Assembly: GCF_009914755.1 (NCBI RefSeq)
Contig: NC_060926.1
Origin: the human T2T-CHM13v2.0 reference genome, Homo sapiens
DNA length: 64,000 nucleotides
Strand: one strand, 5' to 3'
Below the pieces are notes generated by a model. That model was given only the letters and a program-made list of their open reading frames with translations. It was not told the DNA's origin and ran no database searches. Positions 16,063 through 28,179 of this stretch are shown piece after piece. The translations under genes were made by a program, and so were the position numbers. Within the stretch, counting starts at the first letter, position 1. Each line of letters starts with the position of its first letter.

Positions 16063-19000
16063 TATTTTGCCCCCATCCGCCGCGGCTTTTTCCCCCCCAC
16101 CCCGCCTCAGCTTTTTGCCCGCCACGGATTTCTGTCCCCCGCCGCCGCGACTTTTTGCCCGCCGCGGCTTTTTACCCCCCGCCGCCGTGGCTTTTTGCCC
16201 CACTGCCGCCGCGGCTTTTTGCCCCCCACCCCGCCTCGGCTTTTTGCCCGCCGCGGCTTTGTTGTGACCCCCCTCGCCACCGCGGCTTTATGTCCCCCCG
16301 CCGCCGCGGCTTTTTGCCCGCCGCGGGCTTTTGCCCCCCGCCGCCGTGGCTTTTTCCCCACGGCGGTTTTTTGCACCCCCCCCCCCCCCCCCGCCGCCTC
16401 GGGTTTATGCCCACCGCGGCTTTTTGCACCCCGCCGCCGCAGCTTTTTGTCCACCGCGGCTTTTGCGCCCCCGCCGCCGCGGCTTTTTGTTGCCGCGGCT
16501 TTTTACCCGCTCCAGCTTTTTGCCCCACTGCCGCCGCGGGGTTTTGCCCGCCCCGGCTTTTTGCCCACCCCCGGCTTTTTGCCCCCCCGCCGCCGCGGCT
16601 TTTTGCCCCCCCCCCGGCCGCTTTTTGTTCCCCGCCGCCACGGCTTTTTGCCGGTCACGGCTTTTTGCCCCCCCCGCCGCCGCGGCTTTTTGACCCCAAC
16701 GCCGCGGCTTTTTCCCCCACGCCGCCGCGCCTTTCTGCCCGCCACGGCTTTTTCCCCCCCGCCGCCGTGGCTTTTTGCCCAACCCGGCTTTTTGCCCGAC
16801 TCGGCTTTTTAACCCCCCTGCCGGTGCCGCACTTATTTGCCCGCAGCGGCTTTTTGCACCCCCGCCGCCGCGGCTTTTTGTCCCCCCGCCGCGGGTTTTT
16901 TGCCCCCCCACGCGGCCGCGGCTTTCTGCGCGCTGCGGCTTTTTGCACCCCGCCCCCACGGCTTTCTGCCCACCGCGGCTTTTTGCCAGACCCGGCTTTT
17001 TGATCCCCCGCCGCCGCGGCTTTTTGCCGGCCGCGGCTCTTTCCCCCCACCGCCGCGGCTTTTTGCCAGACCCGGCTTTTTGAACCCCCGCCGCCGCGGC
17101 TTTTTGCCCCCCCGCCACCGCGGCTTTTTGCCCGCTGCGGGTTTTTACCCCACGCCGCCGCAGCTTTTTGCCGGACCCGGCTTTTTGCTCCCCCGCCGCC
17201 GCCGCCGCCGCCGCCCCGGTGCCGCGGTTATTTGCCCGTCGCGGCTTTTTGCCCCCTGCTGCCGCGACTTTTTGCTCGACCCGGCTTTTTGCCCCCCGAC
17301 GTCGCGGCTTTTTGCCCCCCGCCGCCGCGGCTTTTTCACCCCCTCCGCCGCGGCTTTTTGCCCGCTCCGGCTTTTTGCCCCCCGCCTCCACGGCTTTCTG
17401 CCGCCGCGGCTTTTTTTGCCTCCGCGACTTTTTTCCCGACCTTTTTGCCCCCCCGCCGCCGTGGCTTTTTGCCCGTCGCGGCTTTTTCACCCCCGCCGCC
17501 GCGGATTTTTCCCCCCTGCCGACGCGGCTTTTTGCCCGCCCCGGCTTTTTGCCACCCCCCGCCCCCTGCCGCCGCGGTTTTTTGCCGGACGCGGGTTTTT
17601 GCCCCCCGCCCCCAGGACTTTCTGCCCGCCGCGGCTTTTTGCCCCCTGCCGCCGCGGCTTTTTTTGCCTCCGCGGCTTTTTGCCCGACCCGGCTTTTTGC
17701 CCCCCCGGCCGCTGTGGCTTTTTGCCGCCGCGGCTTTTTGCCACCCCGCCGCCATGGCTTTTTCTCGCCGCGGCTTTTTGCCCGCCGCGGCTTTTTGCCC
17801 GCCCCGGCTTTTTGCCCCCCAGCCACCGCGGCTTATTGACCCCCCGCTGCCGCGGCTTTTTGCCCCCCCCGCCACCGCGGCTTTTTGCCCCCTGCCGCCG
17901 CGGCTTTTTGCTTGACCCAGCTTTTTGCTCCTCCCACCGCCGCGGCTTTTTGCCCCCCACCCGCCCCGGTGCCGCGGTTATTTGCCCGTCGCGGCTTTTT
18001 GCACCCCCGTCGCCGCGGCTTTTTGCCCCTCTTCCGCCGCGGCTTTTTCCCCGCCCCGGCTTTTTGCCCCGCCGCCGCCGCCGCCGCGGCGTTTTGCTCC
18101 CCGCCGCCGCCGCCGCCGCCGCCGCGGCGTTTTGCTCCCCGCCGCCGCCGCCGCCGCCGCGGCGTTTTGCTCCCCGCCGCCGCCGCCGCCGCCGCGGCGT
18201 TTTGCTCCCCGCCGCCGCCGCCGCCGCCACGGCTTTCTGCCCGCCGCGGCTTTTTGCCCCCTGCCTCCGCGGCTTTTTGCCTCCGCGGCTTTTTGCCCGA
18301 CCCGGCTTTTTGACCCCCCGCCGCCGCTGCTTTTTGCATCCCCGCCGCCGCTGCTTTTTGCATCCCCGCCGCCGTGGCTTTTTGCCCGCCGCGGCTCTTT
18401 CCGCCCACCGCCGCGGCTTTTTGTCGCCGCGGCTTTTTGCCAGCCGAGGCTTTTTATCCTACGCCGCCGCGGCTTTTTCCCCGACCCGGCTTTTTGCTCC
18501 CCCGCCGCCGCGACTTTTTCACCCCCGCCGCCGTGGCTTTTTGCCGCCCCGGTGCCGCGGTTATTTGCCCGTCGCGGCTTTTTGCACCCCCGTCGCCGCG
18601 GCTTTTTGCCCCCTGCTGCCGGCTTTTTGCTCGACCCGGCTTTTTGCCCCCCCCCCCCACCGCCACGGCTTTTTCACCCCCGCCGCCGCGGCTTTTTGCC
18701 CTCCCGGTGCCGCGGTTATTTGCCCCCCCCCGGTGCCGCGGTTATTTGCCCGTCGCGGCTTTTTGCATCCCCGTCGCCGCGGCTTTTTGCCCCCCTGCCG
18801 CCGCGGCTTTTTGCCTCCGCAGCTTTTTGCATCCCCGCCGCCGCCGTGGTTTTTTGTTGCCGCGGCTTTTTCCCCCCGCCGCCGCGGCTTGTTGCCGGCT
18901 GCGGCTTTTTGCCCCCCCCCCCCCGCCACTGTGGCTTTTTGCCCCCCCCCCCCGCCACTGTGGCTTTTTGCACCCCCACTCCCCCCCGCCACTGTGGCTT

Positions 19001-19206
19001 TTTGCGTCTTTGTGCCCCCGCCGCCCTGGCTTTTTGCCCGCGCCACCACTGCTTTTTGCACCTTTTTGCCCCCGCCGCCGCGGCTATTTGCCCCCCGCCG
19101 CCGCGACGTTATATGGTTTTTTGCTCCCACTGCTTTTTGCCTCCGCCGCCGCGGCTTTTTGCCCCCCCACCACCGCAGCTTTTTGCGCGTCTCGGCTTTT
19201 TGCCCC
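16063..19206. repeat. GC-rich pericentromeric tandem repeat, unit ~GCCGCGGCTTTTTGCCC(C)n (CAAAAAGCCGCGG type); CpG-island-like
   Basis: Well over 100 degenerate 15-25 bp units, each a GC block plus a T4-6 tract, with very high CpG content. It explains all P/R/A/F- and K/G/A-rich ORFs here. Confidence 0.95.
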
Positions 19207-20815
19207 ATGGCCATCGTCAGAAGTGTGAGTGGAACAGAGGGAAGGGAAAGCTGTTTTCTTCGAAAGCTCAAAAATCTTCAACTTTTAAATAGGGATAAGT
19301 GTTATTTTTGCTCCAAGCACACATTTGAGAAATCTTCCATTTAGCGGATCTGATGATAAACCCACATTTTTGTTTGTTTTAATCTGAAAATGTATTTGTA
19401 TGGTTCTTGGAAATATTTTTTTCATATAAAATTATAGTTTATCAGCTTATTTCAAGTTTTATTTACCATTTGATAATTACTCCTAAAATGTCATTGATTA
19501 AAGAAAGAATCATCTATTGCTCCAACTGCTCTTTACTAAAGGTAATTTGTCTTTTTAACCTCATCAGGCTCCTTTTAAGCTCTCAAACTGACCTTATTTT
19601 TTTTTTACAGATTCAATGCATTAAGTCAATTTATTATTTATGATGAATTTATTTATGTATTTATTTTCGCTATCACAAGTAGAAAAAGCCTATAAGTTGC
19701 TATGCCAAAAACCTGCCTCTAGATGGCAAACAAACCCCGCAATACACAAAAGAGAGCCAAATTCTTAGAAACCCTGGGAAAGGAAGAGGGCTACTGTCCC
19801 ATTAACAACTTGGAGCCCTTAAGGCAAGAATGAGGTGGAACATCTGGAACATCTGGGAGGAGACACAAGGGTGCGGAGTAGTGGGGAACCTGCTCTGTGC
19901 TCTGAGACTGAAAGCCCAGCCTTGCCTCTCACCGCTGCCTTGACTGTGTCCCCATCTGCTGTGAAGTGAATGGTGTCTTCTAAATTCGTGCTGAGCCCTA
20001 ATTGCTGAAAAGTGTTAAGACATGCAATGGGGGGATTATGTGCATCTTCCCGACACCAACATGATGCTCAGGAAGGAGACTTCTTGTTTTCTCTTAGGAT
20101 TCTTTTACTAACCAAGATTTTGCCTCTACTGCATATTTCCCTTTGCTGATTGTCCCTCCCTTTTGACAGAAGATGGCCCAGGGCATTCACTACTAAGTCT
20201 CAACCTCTTACCCAAAGCCCTCAGTCTAGTGTTGCTCTTTCCTTCATGCTATTTTTGTTTCTTTCTTTTCTTGTAATCATCTTGGCAATAAAATAATCAG
20301 TTTTTTCTTTCTACCTATTAAAGATGTTACCTTAGTTAATTACAGTGGTTTCCTTCAGAATGATAAGTGGTCTTTCAAAATGATGTAAAGAGATCTAAAT
20401 CCGTGTGCTCCAGAAGTTGAATGAAGCTCTGTCTAGCACGGGTGCCAGTGACTCTCCCAGAGTGCTCCATGCAGCTGGACCCACAGAGTCCCTCTGTGCT
20501 GTCATACCACCCACTGCCTTCTGTGAATGAGATATTCTGATTAGAATCCTGGTGGATGCTATTTGAGCCAGTGCCCCCACAACTCCTATGAAAGCCGAGG
20601 ACCACAGGCCCCTGAAGACAATCACAGGTCTCTAGACTCACAGCTCATGACCGTCCTCTGCAGACACAGCTTCTCCTCGGATGGCTGAGGGTTGTCATTG
20701 GCTGTGTCCTTCCTTGTGCATGACAACAGGAGACATAGAAGGTCTGTAAGCAGCCCTGCAAGCCAGGTTCTGAGCAAGCCCTCCTGTGTGGGGCCCTCTT
20801 ACCTGGACATAGGTG

Positions 20816-21663
20816 TGTAAACCAAAAATGAAACTCTAAGCTCCCTAACCAACTGAATGAACTCCTCCTCTCAGCCAAGCACACACCAAAATCAACCTGA
20901 AATACAATGCAGCCCATGATCGGAACGGATGATTGGATATGCCTTAACTTACCCTCTTCCCTTTAAAATTCAGGCACAACTGACCAGCTTTTAATATGAA
21001 GACAGAGACCTTGAGACTGACAAAGAAAACTCTTTATAGCAATAAGATACCAATGTGACAGATACCACGTCCTAAGAGAAATCAAAGTATTTTCCCCAAG
21101 ATATTGTTATTTAATGTATTTAAAAATGCCTCTGCAAAGCTGGTTCTTGTGGGAAAAATCTACATTCTGTAGAGACTCCTTTTTAAGTCTCTTTCCTGAC
21201 CCAGAGAGATTTAACTAAGAGTTTGGCACCTTTTAAGTCTGCTAAGAAACAATTACAATCTATTCTCTCTGAAGCCTGCTACCTGGAGGCTCCATCTGCA
21301 TGATGCAACCTTGGCTCCAAAACCCTTTTTCTAAACCCAGAAACTCCCTTGTGTTGATTACAGGTCATTAGATCAACTCTTTCAACCACCTATGAAATCT
21401 TTGAATCCACCTAGGACCTGGAAGTCCCCAACATCCCCCCTCCTTCGGGCTGTCCTGCCTTTTCATATCAAAGCAATGTACAACTTACACGTATTGATTG
21501 ATATCTTATGTCTCCCTAAAACGTGTAAAACCAACCTGTAGCCCGACGACCTTTGACACACGTTCTCAAGACCTCCTGAGGCTGTTTCACTGATATTTCT
21601 TTAACTTTGACCAAATAAATTTCTAAACTGATTGAGACTTTTCTCAGATACTTATTTGTTTAT
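20816..21663 (+). mobile_element. MER4-group ERV1 solo LTR
   Basis: Starts tgtaaaccaaaaatgaaactctaagc and ends aaataaatttctaaactgattgagacttttctcagatacttatttgtttata, matching MER4-type termini. Confidence 0.8.
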
Positions 21664-21739
21664 AGGTATCACTGGATACACTTAAGGAATTGAAGAGATT
21701 TATGACATTGAGAAAAGGAGGAAGCCAGGGTGTGTGGAC

Positions 21740-21742
<3 letters not shown>

Positions 21743-21776
<34 letters not shown>
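21743..21776 (+). repeat. (GA)n microsatellite
   Basis: About 17 perfect GA units. Confidence 0.97.
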
Positions 21777-21780
<4 letters not shown>

Positions 21781-21814
21781 GATGTATGTACAGGACTAAC
21801 ACTGAGACCTGGTT

Positions 21815-22285
21815 ATGTAATGGTGTAGTACTGAGTATCATCCCCAAATAGTGAGGTTTCATTCCATGAAGACTATGCATGTATCTCATTTGGGAAAACA
21901 GCTTTTGCAGGTGTAAATTAAGGAGCTTGAAACAGGGAGATGGTCTTAGATTAATCAACTGGGACTTAAATGCAAACTCAAGTGTCCTAAAAAAAACAAG
22001 AGGTAGAGAGAGATTTAGCATAGACTGAAGTGGAGAAGGCAGTGTGAACACAGAGACAGAGATTGCAGTGATGTGTCCACATCCCGGGAGAGAGAAGCCA
22101 CCAGAAGCTGGAAGAGCTAAATCAGACTGCTCCCTAGAGCTTCAGAAGGAGCCAGAACTGATGACTCCAAGATCTTAGCCCAGTGAAACTGATCTGGACT
22201 TCTGAACTATGAGAGATTCCATTCCTGTTGTGTGAAGCTACCACATTTTTGAGAACTTTTTACAGTAGCCCGAGGACACTAACAC
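21815..22285 (+). mobile_element. MLT1 (MaLR) LTR
   Basis: cttttgcaggtgtaaattaagg ... ccaccagaagctggaagag ... tacagtagcccgaggacactaacaca. Confidence 0.75.
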
Positions 22286-23076
22286 AAATGGGGCTCCGGG
22301 AAAATCCAGACTAAAGGTGTTGTGTTGGTTTGCAATCTCCTTGCTTAACTTTCTGATACTAGACGTAAATAGATTGGTGAAACATTTTGTGATTGAAAAA
22401 ATGTACATGAAACCTACAGTGTACAGAGAAGCATCTGTTAGTTATAAGATAAATATTGATAATTTTAGTTGAAAATGACATATGACTGTTAATATCTCAC
22501 ATAACATTCTGAGTTACTCAAGAATGCATAAAAGAGGCACTAGATACTCTTCTCATGTATGTGTGTGTGTCTGTCTATACATGTATGTACACTTCATGGT
22601 GCATCAGCTGGCGGAACCCTCAGGACACCCCTTCACATCCTCAGTGCCCCATTTCACACATGAGGAAACTGTTCATGACAGCACATGGCTGATTTGCATA
22701 AAAGTCACTTGGTCAGCAGTTGTCGAAGCTGAACTTGGAATCTAGGTCTGTCTGACCTTAACTTATGTTCCTTCCACAGAACCACGTTCATTCCATAGAG
22801 GGACCCACCACCTATAAAACCGGAAAAGAGACAAAGCCAGAAGTGCAGGGTGGATTTCTTAACACAAGCTCACTGCGACCTCTAGTCCTCATCACGCTGA
22901 CACTAAGCTTAAACCCAGACCCTTCTACAGTTTTGTCTACAAAGCACAATTTGCCCAAAGCCTTTACAAACACCAACAGCCTTTCTTTCAGATATGGCAG
23001 CAGGGTCACATCTTACACGGCCCTGACCACATTTTGTCTCCTCTGCCATCCCCATCTCTCTGACTCAGTCCTCGCT

Positions 23077-23427
23077 TGCAGCCATAAAAAAGGATGAGTT
23101 CATGTCCTTTGTAGGGACATGGATGAAGCTGGAAACCATCATTCTCAGCAAACTATCGCAAGGACAAAAAACCAATCACTGCATGTTCTCACTCATAGGT
23201 GGGAATTGAACAATGAGAACACGTGGACACAGGAAGGGGAATATCACACACCGGGGACTGTTGTGGGGTGTGGGGAGGGGGGAGGGATAGCATTAGGAGA
23301 TATACCTAATGTAAATGACGAGTTAATGGGTGCAGCGCACCAACATGGCACATGTATACATATGTAACAAACCTGCATGTTGTGCACATGTAACCTAGAA
23401 CTTAACAATAATAATAATAATAAAAAG
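23077..23427 (+). mobile_element. 5'-truncated L1PA (primate L1) 3' end
   Basis: gcagccataaaaaaggatgagttcatgtcctttgtagggacatggatgaagctggaaacc..., G-rich 3'UTR tract, (AAT)n/A tail. Confidence 0.95.
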
Positions 23428-23729
23428 AATGGGTCTTGTACATCCAATTTGCCCTATGAATGTTAAAACAGCAAACCCGCATCCCCTTCCTCTTCTCATG
23501 TGCTGTGAGAGATGACCTCCAGGCTCTCAGATACCAAGATTGTACAAGACCTAACCCAGAGAATTACTCAAGACACTTTCTACGTAAGAAGAATTGTGGT
23601 ACTAGCTCTCCTCATAGAAAAATGTTTTCTGTCTCTTGTTGAAATTGACAGCAAACACAAAAACACAGAACTATTTGGGAGAACAGAGGACAGTGATACA
23701 CTAGGGAAGTAAAACACACCCCTTCCCCT

Positions 23730-24190
23730 TGCATTGGTTTCCTGTTGCTGCTGTAACAAATTACCACAACTTTACTACTCCACATAACACAAGTGTATTA
23801 TCTTACATTTCTGGAGGTCAGAAGTCTCAATGAAGTAAAATCAAGGAGTAATAGGGCTCTATTCATTCTAGGCTTCAAGAGAGAGAATCCAATGTCGAGC
23901 ATTCCATCTTTCTGATGTTCCCACATTCCTAGCAGCATGGCCCCTTCCTCCATCACTCCAGTTTCCCTGTCCGTTGTCCCAGGTCCTCTCTGGCTGTTAC
24001 CTTCCTCCCTCCCTATTGTAAGGACCCTTGTGATTATGATGGTCTCACCCAGATAATTCAGGATACTCTCCTGACCTCAAAATTCTCAACCACGTCTGCC
24101 AAGTTATTTTTGACTTGTTCATAAGTAATGATCATAGATTCCAGATATTAGGACAATGATGTCTTTAGTGGGTGTATTATTCATTCCACA
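23730..24190 (-). mobile_element. MLT1 (MaLR) LTR
   Basis: gtttcctgttgctgctgtaacaaattaccacaac ... gtaaggacccttgtgatta ... gattccagatattaggac. Confidence 0.75.
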
Positions 24191-25113
24191 AACAACTCTC
24201 ATCATCCACACAATGGCCTTCCCCTAAGGTAGAATAAAAATATCACAAGGCAGATTTATGAGGCGATCGACCTAGAAAAAACCTGAGACTCGAGGACTGT
24301 CTGATGTGTGGATGTCAAATCCTGGGAGATTCTGAGCCTCTGCTCTATGTGGACTCTATGTTGTGTAGCCATTTGTGGAAGGCTTCTGTGATTTTGTGAC
24401 CTAGAGAAAATGAATCTCTGCTAAAATCAAATCTAAGAAAGATTGGCAAAGGGAATTTAAAGATTTCCTAAATTTTTGGAATTTCCCTAGGCATTAAAAC
24501 ATGAGAAGTGGCAATAATTCAAACCAACGATGCCCTCCAAGAATGAGGATTTTTCCAATGCATTAGGTTGGGTCCCCTCAGTGAGAAGGATGCCAAAGAT
24601 TCGCATGCAGGCAGTATATTTACAAAGTGCGGGAAACAAGCAAGTGAGCAAGGGAGGGGAGGAGGGAAAGGGAAAGTGAAAAGTGCCTCAGAAGGAGCCA
24701 CCTCTGAGGATGACGAGAGCTCAAGCCCACATAGAAACACAGGAAAAATGTCTCTGTTATTCCACCTGAGAGGTGAGGGAGCTGGGGGATGTGTACACCT
24801 CCCTTGTCATCACTGATTGACAACCGTCCTAGGGGATGCTAATTCCAGGCCATGAGGTCTGCCTCATTTGCAGCCTGAGCTGCCTCCCCAGGTTCAGATA
24901 GAGCAGTGAAGGGGAGAAAGGGCCATAGAGAGTCAGCTGAAGTATAATGTCTAGAATCCCCAAGGCATAGTAACAATGACTGCTAAAATTATGCACAAAG
25001 AAAAAGTGCATTTGAATCCAGAGATGTATCTCTCTGAATCTGGATATATGGATCCTGGCAGCCTGTTCGGTAGCCATTTCCCAGAAATCCAGTCCTCTGG
25101 AAAAGCAGGAGGA

Positions 25114-25419
25114 GGTTTGTGCATAGGCTGCACTACCTTGGTCTGGCCATGGGTAGTCGTGCATGAGAACTACTCCCTGGAGTATTTCTCAGTCCACTGA
25201 CACTGATGTAATTGGCTCCACTTCCCCTGCTGTTGAGCCAGGCCGACACGCCCTGGGCAAAGGCATCTGTGTGAAGTATTGAGGTGCAAATCAGTGCTTA
25301 AGATATGTTTGGATGCAAAACACTTTTTCATCTACATGGGCAGTGTCTTGGCAGAAGATGGAGATTCTCTCTAAATGCATGTGAGACAGGGTGGCTGGCA
25401 TCTGGGTCAGGATGATGCC
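25114..25419 (-). pseudogene. Highly decayed immunoglobulin V-kappa relic, inverted relative to the neighbouring IGKV1
   Basis: Manual minus-strand translation from 25419 gives GIILTQMPATLSHMHLERISIFC, with Cys at exactly position 23. TGC sits at the Trp35 position, and there is a stop at codon 43. After a 1-nt frameshift it reads GVSAWLNSRGSGANY (FR3-like). An RSS nonamer-like GCACAAACC lies at 25122-25114. Confidence 0.8.
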
Positions 25420-26388
25420 CTGGTGCATGGCAAGAACATGCCTTGTGCAGCAGCTGCCCTCGCTAAGGAGAGAGGCTCACTGACCTGGCTTTTCCCCCTC
25501 ACCTGCTCTCCAGAAAGCCAGACTCTAGGGCAGATGCTCCTGAGACCCCAGGAACAGGCTGGTGGGGAGCGCAGCTCAGAGCATTACTCAGGGGATGTGG
25601 CCTTTGTCATCCTACTTTGAAACAATTGACTATTTGAGCCTAGATTGATACAGGGCTTCAAGTTGATTTTAATCCAGGCTCCTATAGTCAGCGAGTGAAA
25701 CAGAGATTTTAGTTGAAATAATGAGACCTGGTGTTACTAGTCAGCTCTCCATGCTGGAGAACCATAAGAAATTATACCAAAGGCAGGAAAGGGGATAGAA
25801 TATGGGGATCATCACGCCAAGAATAAGGTGCAGCCCATTTAGCCCCTGGGTCTTAAAGAGACCCATAGCTCTGGATAATGGCAGATCTATGCGTGACACA
25901 GTTATCATCTTTGTGCATCTTCAGAGAATTGTTTTTCCTTTTACTCCTAGGGACAATGTCTTAAGTTTGTTAGTAAATTCTATTGAATTTATTAAAGATG
26001 CTTCTGATAAATTCTTTTTATATTCATTTCAAACAAGAAGCAATTTCACACTGACATTGTTATTATAGCACTAAATACTTTTACACTCATCAAATTCCTT
26101 TGAGACTAACTGAAATTTCTGACAGCCCCACATTCTACAACTTTATTGTAAATTTTCTGCCAAAAATGATGCTTTCCTATACACTCCTAATACAAGTATA
26201 AATATATTATTTAATCTAGTCTTAGGTTGATTTAAAATTTTGAAAATTCACTCCAAAAATATGTTCTGTAACCATATGGCCACCAATGAGAAATGCATTC
26301 TTTCAAGGTAAATCTGTGCTGCCCTGGTTTGACCTGGGACTCTGGGGATACTGCGCCCCTGTGCTGAGTTACTGAGATGAGCCAGCCC

Positions 26389-26472
26389 TGCAGCTGTGCT
26401 CAGCCTGCCCCATCCCCTGCTGATTTGCCTGTTCCTAGAGCACAGCCCCCTGCCCTGAAGACTTTTTATAGG
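26389..26472 (+). promoter_or_regulatory. V-kappa promoter: intact pentadecamer, mutated decamer/octamer, TATA-like element
   Basis: TGCAGCTGTGCTCAG at 26389-26403; TGATTTGCCT at 26421-26430 (consensus TGATTTGCAT); tttata at ~26465-26470. Confidence 0.88.
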
Positions 26473-26522
26473 CTGGTCACACCCGGAGCAGGAGTCAGCC
26501 CCAGTCAGGACACAGCACAGAC

Positions 26523-26993
26523 ATGAGGGCCCCCACTCAGCTCCTGGGGCTCCTGGTGCTCTGGCTGCCAGGTAAGGAAGGAGAACACTAGGATTATACT
26601 CGGTCAGTGTGCTCAGTACTGTCTGGAACTTCAGGGAAGTCCTCTGATAACATGATTAATTGCAACAATATTTGTTTTTATGTTTCCAACTTCAGGTGCC
26701 AGATGTGACATCCAGATGACCCAGTCTCCATCCTCCCTGTCTGCATCTGTAGGAGACAGAGTCACCATCACTTGCCGGGCGAGTCAGGGCATTAGCAATA
26801 ATTTAAATTGGTATCAGCAGAAACCAGGGAAAACTCCTAAGCTCCTGATCTATGCTGCACCCAGTCTGCAAAGTGGGATTCCCTCTCGGTTCAGTGACAG
26901 TGGATCTGGGGCAGATTACACTCTCACCATCCGCAGCCTGCAGCCTGAAGATTTTGCAACTTATTACTGTCAACAGAGTGACAGTACCCCTCC
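26523..26993 (+). pseudogene. IGKV1OR: Immunoglobulin kappa variable subgroup 1 orphon gene segment (IGKV1OR family; exact paralog unresolved)
   Basis: Leader exon 26523-26571 (MRAPTQLLGLLVLWLP), GT-AG intron 26572-26695, V exon 26696-26993 encoding [41 protein letters not shown]...[10 protein letters not shown]. It is flanked by non-IGK satellite and Alu-dense DNA, and no J or C segment is present in the window. Confidence 0.93.
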
Positions 26994-27021
26994 CACAGCG
27001 TTACAAGTCATAACATAATCC
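26994..27021 (+). other. 12-bp-spacer recombination signal sequence (variant)
   Basis: Heptamer CACAGCG (26994-27000), spacer ttacaagtcata (12 nt), nonamer ACATAATCC (27013-27021). Confidence 0.92.
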
Positions 27022-27840
27022 CCAAGGAAGCAGATGTGTGAGGCTGGGCTGCCCCAATGCTCCTTCTGGTGCCTCTATCTGCTGAGGGAAGTTCTCAAAC
27101 TCAGTCAGGTTTGGAAAGTCATTGGGAGATTTTCCTAGAGGAGGCCAGGGAGGTTCCTCTGAACCCTAAGCCTCTTTCACCCTCATCCCCAGCAGAAAAG
27201 ATGTGACAATGCCTGTCCTGACTGAATAAAGAAGAGAGATAAGTCCAACTGAGGAGTCTGTGTTATGGGATAATCGGAATTTGTACAGCAAAAGAGAAGC
27301 TATTCTCAGTATTTCAAGGAGAAATTATTCAAGTTGAATAAATTAGAGCCTAAACCACAGTCTTTCCGAAGCCTATGGAATGTTATTCATGAAGCAGGTA
27401 CTAGACACAGGGGATTCTCAGGTGCTACTTCAGAAGCCAGGGTGCACCTGCCCCTGGTGGTATGTGCTGAACACCGTGTGATGATCCTCAGGCCTGTCTG
27501 GGAAGCCCAGGTCTTCCTGTAGAAAGCCCAGGTCCCTGTAGAAAGGTAATCTGGGCCTGAGTAGGGGAAAGACAGACAAAATTCAGTTTAGACCAAAAAA
27601 AAACCAGTTTTTTTTAACTCAGTAAAGAACCTTTGGAAGTTAGAACAATTAGATGCAAAAATATTTCCTTTACACATTTCTCACAAAGCATGTAGAAATA
27701 TAAAAATGCACTGACTGCAAGGGGGAAAAAGGATTTAAGTTAAAAAGGGCGGGGGGACATCTAAATGCATTGTACTTCAGGGTAGGGATTTTACAACACA
27801 TAGTCCACATCATTTAAGAGTCTACAATATAAAACAACTA

Positions 27841-28179
<339 letters not shown>

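Noticed and set aside
16063-19206. CRISPR array or array of intrinsic terminators (GC palindrome plus T run)
   Set aside because: The context is primate DNA, with no unique spacers and no cas genes. The resemblance follows from the monomer sequence.
15962-19344. Long ORFs (up to 835 aa) rich in P/R/A/F or K/G/A
   Set aside because: They are open in most frames on both strands because the repeat lacks stop codons. There is no domain signal.
20400-20810. Possible second inverted V relic (minus-strand RVTGTRARQSF; cacag|aaggcagtggg; ccag|gtaag)
   Set aside because: No conserved Cys/Trp register or RSS could be established by eye. An HMM search would be needed.
26680-27018. The ORF-track 112-aa ORF as a functional CDS
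   Set aside because: It starts in the intron and reads through the RSS. It is an unrearranged orphon V segment with no J or C.
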